DNA from: Clostridia bacterium
GTDB lineage: Bacteria; Bacillota; Clostridia; JAAYHZ01
Assembly: GCA_050950825.1 (NCBI GenBank)
Contig: JBMNIH010000010.1
Coordinates: 96,001-160,000, forward strand
Length of the DNA: 64,000 nucleotides
Direction of reading: 5' to 3'
Position numbers and translations under genes: made by a program. The notes beneath the pieces are model-generated. The model ran no database searches and was not told the DNA's origin. It was given only the letters and a program-made list of their open reading frames with translations. The first letter of the stretch is position 1; every line of letters begins with the position of its first letter. Below, in pieces: positions 20,724 through 30,654 of the stretch.

Positions 20724-21884
20724 TCAATTTTCCATATCCATCAAATAAGACATATAGGATGTATTAAAATCGTAAATTTGAAGCTTTAAGTTGTTTTGCG
20801 CCTTGATTATGTCGAGCTGTTTTTGCTCTACCGCCGTATAGGTGGCGTCGTTATCCAAATACTGTTGATACAATTGATCGTACGATTTTCGAAGCTCGGC
20901 TAAATTTTCTTTGGACTCCTCAATAGCTTCAAAAGCTTTTATAATGGATTTTGCTCTTTCGTTTAACTGTCTTCTTTGATAGAAATGCAATTGTTCCAAT
21001 TCTTTCTCCAAATCGGCGATTCGTTCCTCGATGTTTTCCACTTCTTCAAGGATATCCTTTTCAATATGAGAATAAATAAGAATTAATGATTCCAACGATT
21101 CTTTTCGATACTGTTCTTTTTCAATTTGATATTCTTTTTCCTTGATGATAGCTTCGAATTTACGATCCGCCAATTTTTGAATATGGTCGGTGTTTTTGAT
21201 CATCGGCTCCTCGTCCAAATCGAAATCCTTGTATTCGGTTAAAAGGTCCATTCCGATATAACGGTTGAAGCTCATTAAATTGTTTTCATAGGCAAGAGTT
21301 GCATCTTCCAAAGCGTCTTCTGCCGATAAATAGCTATATCTTGCACTTAAAACCTCGGTATAGGTTTGCGTACCGATTCGATAAAACGTCTCGGCAATAT
21401 CCAAGGCTTTTTTGGCAAAATACAGGTTCTTTTCGTTATAGAAAATGTTCAATTTGCTGGCGTATAGAGTTCGTAAAGAATTACGAATTGAAATTGCTTC
21501 CCTGTCGAGACCGGCTTTTACGGAATTTTTTAAATCTTCGATACTTTTCTTTTGTTCGGCAATGCCGTACTTCATGATCACCATATTATTGGCACGTGTC
21601 ATCGGTGAGGACGCACCGACAATAGGATCGGTCATTTTTTCATATTTTTCCAAAGTCTCTTCCAAGGCGGGCAAATTGAGATCCACATTCATTTCCATCA
21701 GTTTGATCTTTTCTTGCTTCCCATACTGTTCCAAAGCCCATTTATAATCGATTTTATCGGGTATGGATTCGGAGACTACGGAGTCTACAGATTCATCGGC
21801 CGTCAATAACGGATCTTGTTCTGCATATGTAGTGAACCCGAACGAAAATAAAAGGACTAGCAATAAAATGACTGCCTTCTTCAA
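20724..21884 (-). CDS. secreted TolC/OEP-like coiled-coil protein
   Basis: Signal peptide; AETFYRIGTQTYTEVLSARYSYLSAE..FNRYIG repeat pattern; TTG start after AGGAGG. Confidence 0.6.
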   Translation of the reverse strand: MKKAVILLLVLLFSFGFTTYAEQDPLLTADESVDSVVSESIPDKIDYKWALEQYGKQEKIKLMEMNVDLNLPALEETLEKYEKMTDPIVGASSPMTRANNMVIMKYGIAEQKKSIEDLKNSVKAGLDREAISIRNSLRTLYASKLNIFYNEKNLYFAKKALDIAETFYRIGTQTYTEVLSARYSYLSAEDALEDATLAYENNLMSFNRYIGMDLLTEYKDFDLDEEPMIKNTDHIQKLADRKFEAIIKEKEYQIEKEQYRKESLESLILIYSHIEKDILEEVENIEERIADLEKELEQLHFYQRRQLNERAKSIIKAFEAIEESKENLAELRKSYDQLYQQYLDNDATYTAVEQKQLDIIKAQNNLKLQIYDFNTSYMSYLMDMEN

Positions 21885-21916
21885 TACAGCACCTCCTACA
21901 CACATCACTTAGAGTT

Positions 21917-21945
21917 ATTATAGCATAAACCCGTTAGCTAGGCAA
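21917..21945 (-). promoter_or_regulatory. sigmaA-type promoter for the TolC-like/walRK cluster
   Basis: TTGCCT-17 bp-TATAAT with extended -10 TG. Confidence 0.6.
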
Positions 21946-21963
21946 TTGACAAGTTATTTTATA

Positions 21964-22005
21964 AATGTAAATAACCGCCTAAGTGATTAGGCGGTTATTC
22001 ACATT
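21964..22005 (-). terminator. intrinsic terminator after S-layer gene 2
   Basis: AATAACCGCCTAA-GTGA-TTAGGCGGTTATT inverted repeat immediately after the stop codon. Confidence 0.75.
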
Positions 22006-22012
22006 CGTTATT

Positions 22013-24781
22013 TTATTTTATCGTGATTTGGATCGACGCTTGTGTACCGAGAATCGATGTATAAGTCAAGGTTACGACACCGGTCTTCTTGTATTGCAAG
22101 TTACCCGCGTTGTCCACGGCCAGTACTTCCGGATTCGAGGAAGTAAAGAATCCCGTGGAAGCCGGACTGATAGGCAACGGAACGACGGTTGTCAGCATGT
22201 TGACTCCGTATTGGTCCAGAATCTTGAATTGCAGCTTCGTGAAGTTAACAACATTTCCATAGTATTCAATTTCACTTCTGGTCGTTTCGACAGCCGGTCC
22301 GAAGGAAACGCTCTTGATGGACCTTGCGTTGCTGGAATTCACGGTTATTTCACAGAGCTTCTTCGCCGTAGCGTCATAAGCCATGATTACGGTAGAATCC
22401 GTGGTGCTGCTGCTCTTGGAGAATATTCTCCAAACGCCGCTTCCGTCTTTTACAACAACGAAATTCGGGTTCGAAGAAGTCAAGTATGCAATCTTGTCTT
22501 GCTTCAGTGTAATGGTGGTTCCGTCGGCAGCTTTACCGTAGATCGTTACCGGTTTCGCATAGTCGCCGGCTTTGTTCAAATCGCTTCCAAAATCAACGTT
22601 GGAATACAGGGTACCGATTTCGTTAAATCCGAACAGAACGGCACTGGTTGCGGTATCCACGTCGTATACTCTCATACTAAAGGAGTTTTCCGAACCCGGC
22701 AGAATGTTGCCGTAGTTGTTAAGACCTATGGTGAAGTACATGGAGCCTTCCGTCAAAGCAATAAAGTCGAAGGTGTTTTTGGTAGTGTTTTTCGTCACGC
22801 TAACGATGTTGCCTTCCGGAACGATAATGAAATTATCTACCGTCATGCCGTGAGCAACGGGATCATAATCTCTTCCGTATTGGTCTACGAGTTTGATCGC
22901 GCTTATCGGAAGCTGGTACATAGCTCCTTTTTCAATACCCAAATTGGCATTGACAGCAGCGATAGCCGTAGGAATAGCGGGCTCGTAAACGTCCATCGTC
23001 AGAGTATCCATTAATTTGCCCTTCCAGAAGTAATGAATGATTACGGATCCGCCCTTGTTGCCGGTAGGTTTTATGTACATGACTCCGTTGGAATCTACGT
23101 AGATATCTCCCGGTTTTACGACTTCGGGGTTGGAAGAGTTAATCGTCAACCATTTGTTTACTTCCGTGTAGTTTTGGGTTTTCGACAGCGGCGTTCCGAA
23201 TTGGTCGGTAATATTGTACGACAGCTCGGTGGATTCGCCGGAGATTATGGTGTTGTACGGAGTGAAGATACGTATATCCGCAACGGCGATAGGATCAAAT
23301 ACCTGTATAGGCAGGCTTGTTACCGATGCAGACGCATTGCATAATACCGACAAGCTAACCGTTCCCGGGTTGCTTCCGATATCGACCGTCATAACACCCT
23401 GGGAGTTGAAGTAAATATTGGATGTACGGAGAATGTTCTCATTCGAAGATACGAATGTCAAACCTTCTTTGCTCTTTACAAGCATCTTGTTGCCGTATTG
23501 GTCGTATGCTTCGTATTTTACAACAAGCCCCTTTTCATTGGTTTCAATATAATTCTTATTATTGGCCGGAACGATTTCAATGAGTGTAAATACGGTGACA
23601 ACAGGCTGCTTAATCGCTTTAAGATCAAATTGACCTACCAAGGTAGAGGATATATGCATGATCGTAACCGTAACCGTTTCGTTTTCCTTTACACCGGTCG
23701 TATTAATCGCCCATGTGCTGGGATTTACCATTAACGGAGTACCTGTGGTTTTGTTGAAGGCAGTAACGATAAATGCACTTCTGCTTACAATCTTCATATC
23801 TTTACCGTATTGGTTATATACAATAGGAGTAATCGTAGCGTTATCCCCGATAAGAATCGTATTTTCCGTCAATTCCATAGTAGTGGGCTTCGCCGCTTCG
23901 ATCGTCACATCAATGGCAGGAAGATCGCCAATAGTAAGCTTATATACACCCGATGTGAAAGAGCCTATACGGGTAATCACTACTTGGGTCCTGTCGGCAC
24001 TCCACTGTTGAGTCGTAAACACTTGAGCATTTCCGCTCTTTAAGGATACACTTGTTCCTACAGGCATTGCCTTGTTGAACACAACGGTGATTTCATTATC
24101 GTTTGTTGCTCTCGCACTTACGATTCTTGCACTGGTAACAAGACCAACAGAGTCCGCTACGGCTGCATTGATAACGCCTTCGTTAATGAGGAACTCGGTT
24201 AACGTTGTGTTGGTGCCTTTCTTTTTAATAACCAAAGCATCAATAATGGAAATGGCTACATCGTTGTTGGTCAGCGGCTTGTTTCCATCATAAAAACTCT
24301 TCAAACCAAGATTCCTCGAAAAATTCATGACGCTTGACCATGTATAGTCCACATCCTGTGTGTAGCCTAAAACGGTTACTAGAACCTTATTAAATTCAGC
24401 AACAGTCATAATTTTGTTCGGTTGGAACGTACCGTCGGGATATCCTCCGAACCCTAGTTGCGGATTTGCCTTTAAATAAGCCAAACGGCTTGCGAACCAT
24501 TCATTTCCTACGATGTCCTTAAAATTGTCTTTTCCTTCATAAGCTTGGGCTTCGTCTTCTTTACCCATTAAACGGAGAAGAAGAGTCGCACCTTGAGCTC
24601 GAGTCGTAGCAGAAGCTAAATATTTGGCATCCACTCCGTTTCCTGATCCCAGAAGAACGCCTAAAGCTTCGCACTTTTCAGCAGGCGTAGAGAAAGGTGA
24701 AACCGCCAAAGCCGGTACTGAAAAAGTCAGAAGAATACTTAATGTAATAGCTACTGCTATAAGTTTTCTCATACTCTTCAT
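22013..24781 (-). CDS. S-layer protein paralogue 2 (SLH-like N-terminus plus Ig-like domains)
   Basis: Signal peptide; TRAQ, FKDI..WF, GYPDGTFQPN SLH-like motifs; repeated (D/N)QYG Ig-like modules; 922 aa. Confidence 0.82.
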   Translation of the reverse strand: MKSMRKLIAVAITLSILLTFSVPALAVSPFSTPAEKCEALGVLLGSGNGVDAKYLASATTRAQGATLLLRLMGKEDEAQAYEGKDNFKDIVGNEWFASRLAYLKANPQLGFGGYPDGTFQPNKIMTVAEFNKVLVTVLGYTQDVDYTWSSVMNFSRNLGLKSFYDGNKPLTNNDVAISIIDALVIKKKGTNTTLTEFLINEGVINAAVADSVGLVTSARIVSARATNDNEITVVFNKAMPVGTSVSLKSGNAQVFTTQQWSADRTQVVITRIGSFTSGVYKLTIGDLPAIDVTIEAAKPTTMELTENTILIGDNATITPIVYNQYGKDMKIVSRSAFIVTAFNKTTGTPLMVNPSTWAINTTGVKENETVTVTIMHISSTLVGQFDLKAIKQPVVTVFTLIEIVPANNKNYIETNEKGLVVKYEAYDQYGNKMLVKSKEGLTFVSSNENILRTSNIYFNSQGVMTVDIGSNPGTVSLSVLCNASASVTSLPIQVFDPIAVADIRIFTPYNTIISGESTELSYNITDQFGTPLSKTQNYTEVNKWLTINSSNPEVVKPGDIYVDSNGVMYIKPTGNKGGSVIIHYFWKGKLMDTLTMDVYEPAIPTAIAAVNANLGIEKGAMYQLPISAIKLVDQYGRDYDPVAHGMTVDNFIIVPEGNIVSVTKNTTKNTFDFIALTEGSMYFTIGLNNYGNILPGSENSFSMRVYDVDTATSAVLFGFNEIGTLYSNVDFGSDLNKAGDYAKPVTIYGKAADGTTITLKQDKIAYLTSSNPNFVVVKDGSGVWRIFSKSSSTTDSTVIMAYDATAKKLCEITVNSSNARSIKSVSFGPAVETTRSEIEYYGNVVNFTKLQFKILDQYGVNMLTTVVPLPISPASTGFFTSSNPEVLAVDNAGNLQYKKTGVVTLTYTSILGTQASIQITIK

Positions 24782-24872
24782 GCGTATGTATCCTCCTTGT
24801 TTTTATTAATAAATATTGCATACCTGTTAGACTGCATATTTGTTCCAAATGTTCCCCGTACTGTACTTACTT

Positions 24873-24901
24873 ATTATAACATCAACCGTAATTTCAATCA
24901 A
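24873..24901 (-). promoter_or_regulatory. sigmaA-type promoter of S-layer gene 2
   Basis: TTGATT-17 bp-TATAAT with extended TG. Confidence 0.6.
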
Positions 24902-24959
24902 TAATTTGCATAATACGTAACAAACAAGTAATAAACTGAGCATTCAAAAATTAGGCATG

Positions 24960-24990
24960 AAAAAAGCCGCTTGCTAAGCAAGCGGCCTTT
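24960..24990 (-). terminator. intrinsic terminator after S-layer gene 1
   Basis: GCCGCTTGC-3 nt-GCAAGCGGC stem followed by a T-run on the minus strand. Confidence 0.85.
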
Positions 24991-25010
24991 CTATCGTATT
25001 TATATCCGAT

Positions 25011-27810
25011 TTACACAGCAGGTGCAGTAAGGGTAATTACGATGCTGTCTCTCAGACCGTTGTTGGCTACGTAGGTCAATGTAATGACATCGCCTGCTTC
25101 ACCGGTAACGGTAAAGGTCTTGTTCGCGTAATCAATGGTTATTCCGGCGCTTGCAGAAGAATCTTTCGATACTTCGTATGCGAAGAATCCGTCCTTCTGT
25201 AAGTCGAATGCATCAGCCGCAATGATTGTAGCTGTGGTAGCAACCATGTTCACACCGTATTGGTCATTTACCTTGAAGCCGAGTTTTGCAACAAGGCCAT
25301 AGGTACCCGGAGCCATGGTCATATCAGATCCGAATACTACGCTGCTGATGGTTCTGCCCTTCGTAGCATTGACGTCAGCTTGGGCAAGTAACTTACCGGC
25401 TTCGTCGTATGCTCTGATCGTTGTCGTTTGAGCAGAATCAACTTTCGAGTAGATCTTCAATCCGTCTACGGCAATGTTGATGTTGGAGGAGAGCAGTCTG
25501 AAGATCTTGCCGTCCTTCAATGTAACAACCGTGCCGTCCTTCGTCTTTCCGGTCAAGGACATTGCTTTCGCATAGTCGGCAGCAGCCGTAGCGTCAGCAA
25601 ACTTACCGCTGTACAGTGTCGGAACGGAAGCGAATGCGTAGGTTACGCCGTTTTCAGCCTTGTTCACGTCAACTGCCTTCAAGGTGAAGGAGTATGCGGA
25701 AGCATCTTTGCCTTTCAGCTTGAGAGTAAATTCTACAGAACCTTCAGTGGTCGGATTAGCTGCGAATACAAATCCGCCGTTGGTTGTAGCTGTAACTTTT
25801 CCATCCGTTGCAGGATTGGAGGTCAATACGAAATCTTCTACAGCAAGAGCATCAGCATAGTCAGACTTGAGGTCTTTATAAACTCTTCCGTATTGGTCAA
25901 CTACTTTAATCTTATCCAGTGCAAGTGTCTGTGTAGCACCCAATTCAATACCGCCGTTGATGGTCACTCCTTCAATGTTGGTAGCAACTGCTTTTTCCCA
26001 AACGTTCAAGCTAAAGGATCCTTGCAATTGTCCCTTCCAGAGGTAGTATACGGTGACGTATCCCTTGGTTCCTGCTAAGGGTTTTACTGACAGCTTGCCA
26101 TCTTCAAGAGCGAAGATAACTTTGTTTGCATCAACACCGACAATGTTAAATGTCAGGCGTCGCGCCAAGAGTTACGTGTTTCTTTTCGATTTCATTGCCG
26201 AATTGGTCTAATGCGGTAAATTCGATTTCCGTGGTTTCGCCTTCAACAACTTCCTTCAAAGGTCCACCGATGACAACCTTGTCTACAGCGGCAGGATCGA
26301 ATACCGTAATCGGCAGGCTGGTTACTACTGCAGCAGAGTTAACCAGTACGGACAATGTAACTGTTCCGGCCTTTAAGGGCTTGAACGTCAATTTTCCGTC
26401 GCCGTCGAATTTCATATCCGAAACCTTCAAGATGTTTTCATCGGAAGAGATGAATGTCAATCCGGAACCTTCATTTACGTTGGTTAAGCTCTTCAAAGTG
26501 ATTTTCTTACCGTATTGGTCGTAAGCTTCGTAAGTGATTTGAACGCTGCTGTGTGTGGTATTAACGGTGTTAGAACCTTCAGGAATTACAACGCCGGTCA
26601 TGGCAAATTGCATTACCTTGGATTCAAGTACAGCGGTCAATTCAGCTTGGCCAACGATAGTGGATTGATGATGCATTGCTGTTACAACAATGATATCATT
26701 TTCAGCTGTTGCGCTGCCACCGGGAATCGTGATCTTAAATTTATTGTTTGCACTTCCGGGTGATACCATCAACACATTGCCTTTTGTTTTGTTGAATGCT
26801 GTAGCGGAGAAGTTTTGTCCTGCAACGTTCATCTTCTTGCCGTATTGGTTGTACAGAGCCAATTCAACTTCTGCATCGGTTCCAATTTGTACTGTAGTTG
26901 TAACGATAGCAAGAGATTGCGCAACTTCTTTTTCGAACTTAACGGTAGCTGTCAAATCACCAACGCTCAATTCGTATGTACCTTCTGCAAATGCAATGCT
27001 GTTCGGTCTGTTCAGAACAACTTGTGTCTTCGCATCGTTCCACTTCTTGTTAACGAATACGTTCATGAAGCCGCTCTTAACAGTAATTGCGGGATCACCT
27101 TCTACCGGTTTGCTGAAGGTTACGGTGATTTCATCAGCATTCGTGGGAACAGCGCTAATAATAGCCAGCTGGGTTACCAAACCTGCTGCGGCTGCGTCTG
27201 CTGCGCTGATGATTCCGTCTGCGATCAAGCTGTCAATGAAAGCAACACCGGATTTTGTTTCAGCTTGTAAAGCTTCGAGAATAGCTACAGCCATATCGTT
27301 GTTTGTGATAGGAGCGGACGGATCATCGATGGATGCCAATCCGAGTTCTGCAGCCTTCTGAGCTACTTGAGCCCAAGTATAGTCAACGTCTTGGATGTAT
27401 CCCAGTGCCGTTAACAATACTTTGTATAATTCTGCTCCGGTCATTACTTTTCTGGGTTGGAAAGATCCGTCGGGATATCCAACAAAGCCAATGGACGGAT
27501 TTGCTTTAACATATGCCGTAACGGATGCATACCATTCGTTTCCGACTACGTCGGTGAAGTTGTCTTGTCCGGCATATGCCAAGGCTTCATCTTCTTTGCC
27601 CAGTAAGCGTAACAGAAGAATGGTACCTTGGATTCTTGTAGTTGCTTTCGCGAGGTATTCGTCGGTAACACCGTCGCCTTCTCCTTGGAGAATTCCCAGC
27701 AATTCAACTTTTTCAGCAGCTGTCAGTTCAGCAGCCATGACAGGTACTGTCAATGTGAGAAGAATCGCCAGTGAGAGAGCAACTGCGAGCAGTTTCTTCA
27801 AATTCTTCAT
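25011..27810 (-). CDS. major S-layer protein paralogue 1, split by one frameshift near 26150-26168
   Basis: ORFs 26146..27810 and 25011..26168 together align along the whole of paralogue 2 (TRIQG, GYPDGSFQP, DQYG repeats, YYLWKGQL vs HYFWKGKL); codon usage typical of high expression; SD AAAGGAGG. Confidence 0.82.
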
Positions 27811-27927
27811 AGTTTGAAAATCCTCCTTTAATTATTTGGAATGATTCTTTTTTAAATTTATGTACCACAATGCATTCCAATACATCTATAGTACAGAACC
27901 AAGGGGAGACCCCTTAAGTCCATTGCA

Positions 27928-27956
27928 AGTATAGCATCCGTAGTTCATTAAATCAA
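27928..27956 (-). promoter_or_regulatory. sigmaA-type promoter of S-layer gene 1
   Basis: TTGATT-17 bp-TATACT with extended TG; AAGGGG/CCCCTT hairpin at 27901-27915 near the 5' end of the leader. Confidence 0.6.
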
Positions 27957-27971
27957 TGAAAGTGCGTCAAG

Positions 27972-28009
27972 TGTAAAAAAACTGTAATACAATGAAATAA
28001 CTATGTTAC
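27972..28009 (+). promoter_or_regulatory. WalR-like direct-repeat binding site
   Basis: TGTAAA-N5-TGTAAT (27972-27988) then TGAAAT-N5-TGTTAC; matches the TGTWAH-N5-TGTWAH WalR consensus. Confidence 0.5.
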
Positions 28010-28091
28010 AAATGAAAAAAGATTCCTACCATTGTTCATTTAACCAAGTCATTCCACAAATACCGACGCGGTAACAAACAAATAATATAAA

Positions 28092-28213
28092 TTATCCACC
28101 GATTTTTTAACATATCAACAACCGTTGAAATCCGCTTCTCATCTGCGTTTTAACGTTTTTTTCTTAAAGTTATCCACAATTATGTGGATAACATATTGTT
28201 TATTTTATCAACA
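28092..28213. promoter_or_regulatory. DnaA-box cluster outside oriC
   Basis: Perfect TTATCCACA (28170-28178) and TGTGGATAA (28183-28191) plus single-mismatch boxes at 28092 and 28205. Confidence 0.7.
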
Positions 28214-29044
28214 GAACAAAAGGCTGATATCTAAAGCTTTTACGGAGTGGGTAATGGCTCCGACGGATATAATATCCACACCGGTTTGTGCAATTTCCCT
28301 AACCGTTTTTAACGAAACATTACCCGACGCCTCCACAAGAGCTCGGCGGTTAATAAAATCGACACATCTTTTCATTTCCTTGCAATCCATGTTGTCCAGC
28401 ATAATGATATCGGCTTTTGCTTCTATGGCTTCCATTACCTGTTCGAAATTCTCGGTCTCCACTTCGATCTTAACGGTATGAGGAATTTTACTCCGAATAA
28501 TCGATATCGCATTTTTGATCCCGCCGGCTGCCGCTATATGATTGTCTTTAATGAGAACGGCATCCGACAAACCGTAGCGATGGTTATGCCCTCCTCCGGC
28601 GGTAACGGCATACTTATCCAGCATACGAAGTCCGGGAACCGTTTTTCTCGTATCCACAATACGAACGGAACAGCCTTTTACTTCTTCTACATATAAAGAA
28701 GTGGCCGTTGCGATTCCGGACATTCTTTGAAGCAAATTCAACGCCGTTCTTTCCGCTTTTAAAATCGATGCGGTTTTTCCGGATAAATACGCCAAAACGT
28801 CTCCCTTTTGGACTCTGTCTCCGTCTTTAACACAAGATTCAAATACAATCTCCGAATCCAACAATTCGAAAACTCTTTTTGCGACATCCATCCCCGCAAT
28901 AACACCGGATTCCTTGCCTATTAAACGGGCATTTGATTTTTGATTGCCGTCAATAAGATGGTCCGTGGTAATATCGCCGTAGGGCATGTCTTCTTTCAAT
29001 GCTCTATGTATGATTTCATCAATATACATGGGGTTCAGTATCAT
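28208..29044 (-). CDS. nadC: nicotinate-nucleotide diphosphorylase (carboxylating)
   Basis: ED..GDITT, ERTALN, DTRKT.PG, HRYGLSDAVLIKDNH, IEVE, IMLDN, EASGN. Confidence 0.95.
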   Translation of the reverse strand: MILNPMYIDEIIHRALKEDMPYGDITTDHLIDGNQKSNARLIGKESGVIAGMDVAKRVFELLDSEIVFESCVKDGDRVQKGDVLAYLSGKTASILKAERTALNLLQRMSGIATATSLYVEEVKGCSVRIVDTRKTVPGLRMLDKYAVTAGGGHNHRYGLSDAVLIKDNHIAAAGGIKNAISIIRSKIPHTVKIEVETENFEQVMEAIEAKADIIMLDNMDCKEMKRCVDFINRRALVEASGNVSLKTVREIAQTGVDIISVGAITHSVKALDISLLFC

Positions 29045-30641
29045 AACGAACTTCCTTTCCTATTTCCCGGATAATACTTTTCTTTTGCTTGTCGTCGGGA
29101 GATGTAAAATCCGAACGAAAATGTGCGCCTCTGCTTTCTTCGCGAAAAAGTGCATTTTCCGTTATCACTTCCGCCAGCTGCAGCATATTGTAAATTTCAA
29201 AATGTTCGGGTATCAACGGTTCCTTTTTCTCTATTAAAGATATGTATCCTCTTATCATTTTCAATGCCGTTTCAAGCCCCTCTTTGTTTCGAACAATTCC
29301 CACGTAAGAGGTCATGATTTCCCGTATATGCTCTTTTATTTCCAAATCCTTATCCTCAAAAGACAGGGCATACTCCGGCAAGCAAGCGTCCCTGATTGTA
29401 ATCTTTTCTTTTTTTCTACCCTGTCGGTTTAGAATTCTTGCAATATTTCCGCCGAAAACCAAGCCCTCCAGCAGGGAATTGCTGGCCAAGCGATTGGCAC
29501 CGTGTATTCCGGTGCATGCCGCTTCCCCGCAGGCATAAAAACCTTTAATATTTGTCCTTCCCCACACATCGGTTTTTATGCCGCCCATACAATAGTGTTC
29601 GGCAGGAGCTACCGGTATATAGTTTTTCGACATGTCGATGCCATATCCCAAACATGTTTTAAATATGTTGGGGAATCGATTCATCAAATATTCTCGGTCT
29701 TTAAAGGTAATATCCAAAAAAACGTTTTCCGCTTGATCCTTTTGCATTTCCGTAAAAATGGCTCTTGCCACCACATCGCGGGGAGCGAGCTCTTCAAGCT
29801 TGTGATAGCGGTGCATGAACCGTTCTTTCTTTTGGTTTCTCAAAACGGCTCCTTCTCCTCTGACGGCTTCGGATATGAGAAAGTGTTTATTTTCCGGGTG
29901 ATAAAGCACCGTAGGATGAAACTGCACAAACTCCATATCCGCCAAGAAAGCCCCGGCTCGGTATGCCATACAGACGCCGTCTCCCGTTGCCACATCCGGA
30001 TTTGTCGTCATCTTATACAATCGGCCAAATCCGCCGGCAGCGCAAACGATGGCGTCGGAAACAAATATCACAAATTCTTTTTTCTTCTCGTCATAGGCCA
30101 ATACACCTTTGGCTTCTTGACCCTCCGTGATCAAATCCACGGCAAACACCTTTTCTTTTATGGTGATATTCTTTCTGTTCTTTGCGGCAAGAATAAGCTT
30201 ATCGCACACTTCTTTTCCCGTCGTGTCTCCGGCATGGATAATTCTGTTTTTGCTATGGGCCGCTTCCCGTCCGAAAGCAAGCTCATCCTTGCTTTTACGG
30301 TCAAATTGCACGCCGAATTCCAATAATCGCTCGATTCGATCCGCCGCTTCGTTTACCAATACCCAAACGCTTTCTTCATTGCACAGTCCGGCTCCCGCCG
30401 TAAGAGTATCTTGAAAATGCAATGCAGGGGAATCGCCCTTGTCCAAAGAAACGGCGATTCCCCCTTGTGCCAAAACCGAATTGCTCATATCAATGGTATC
30501 TTTCGTAATGATTACCGTTTCCTTTTCCGAATTTAAGCATAATGCGGTATAAACTCCCGCAATTCCGCTTCCGATGATTACCGTATCGTAATACACCTTT
30601 TCAATTTCCGAAAAAGGTTTTTTTAATAAATACCTTCGCAT
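29019..30641 (-). CDS. nadB: L-aspartate oxidase
   Basis: GSGIAG, AQGGIA, REAAHS, QFHPT, EAVRGEG, HYCMGG, HGANRLASNSLLE, ESRGAH. Confidence 0.95.
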   Translation of the reverse strand: MRRYLLKKPFSEIEKVYYDTVIIGSGIAGVYTALCLNSEKETVIITKDTIDMSNSVLAQGGIAVSLDKGDSPALHFQDTLTAGAGLCNEESVWVLVNEAADRIERLLEFGVQFDRKSKDELAFGREAAHSKNRIIHAGDTTGKEVCDKLILAAKNRKNITIKEKVFAVDLITEGQEAKGVLAYDEKKKEFVIFVSDAIVCAAGGFGRLYKMTTNPDVATGDGVCMAYRAGAFLADMEFVQFHPTVLYHPENKHFLISEAVRGEGAVLRNQKKERFMHRYHKLEELAPRDVVARAIFTEMQKDQAENVFLDITFKDREYLMNRFPNIFKTCLGYGIDMSKNYIPVAPAEHYCMGGIKTDVWGRTNIKGFYACGEAACTGIHGANRLASNSLLEGLVFGGNIARILNRQGRKKEKITIRDACLPEYALSFEDKDLEIKEHIREIMTSYVGIVRNKEGLETALKMIRGYISLIEKKEPLIPEHFEIYNMLQLAEVITENALFREESRGAHFRSDFTSPDDKQKKSIIREIGKEVRYDTEPHVY

Positions 30642-30654
30642 ATTTTTCTACCTT

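Noticed and set aside
21983-27817. Long plus-strand ORFs antisense to the S-layer genes (for example 343 aa at 21983..23014, and 216 and 223 aa)
   Set aside because: These are shadow ORFs expected from the strong codon bias of highly expressed genes; they have no SD, no recognisable motifs and lie almost wholly inside real CDSs.
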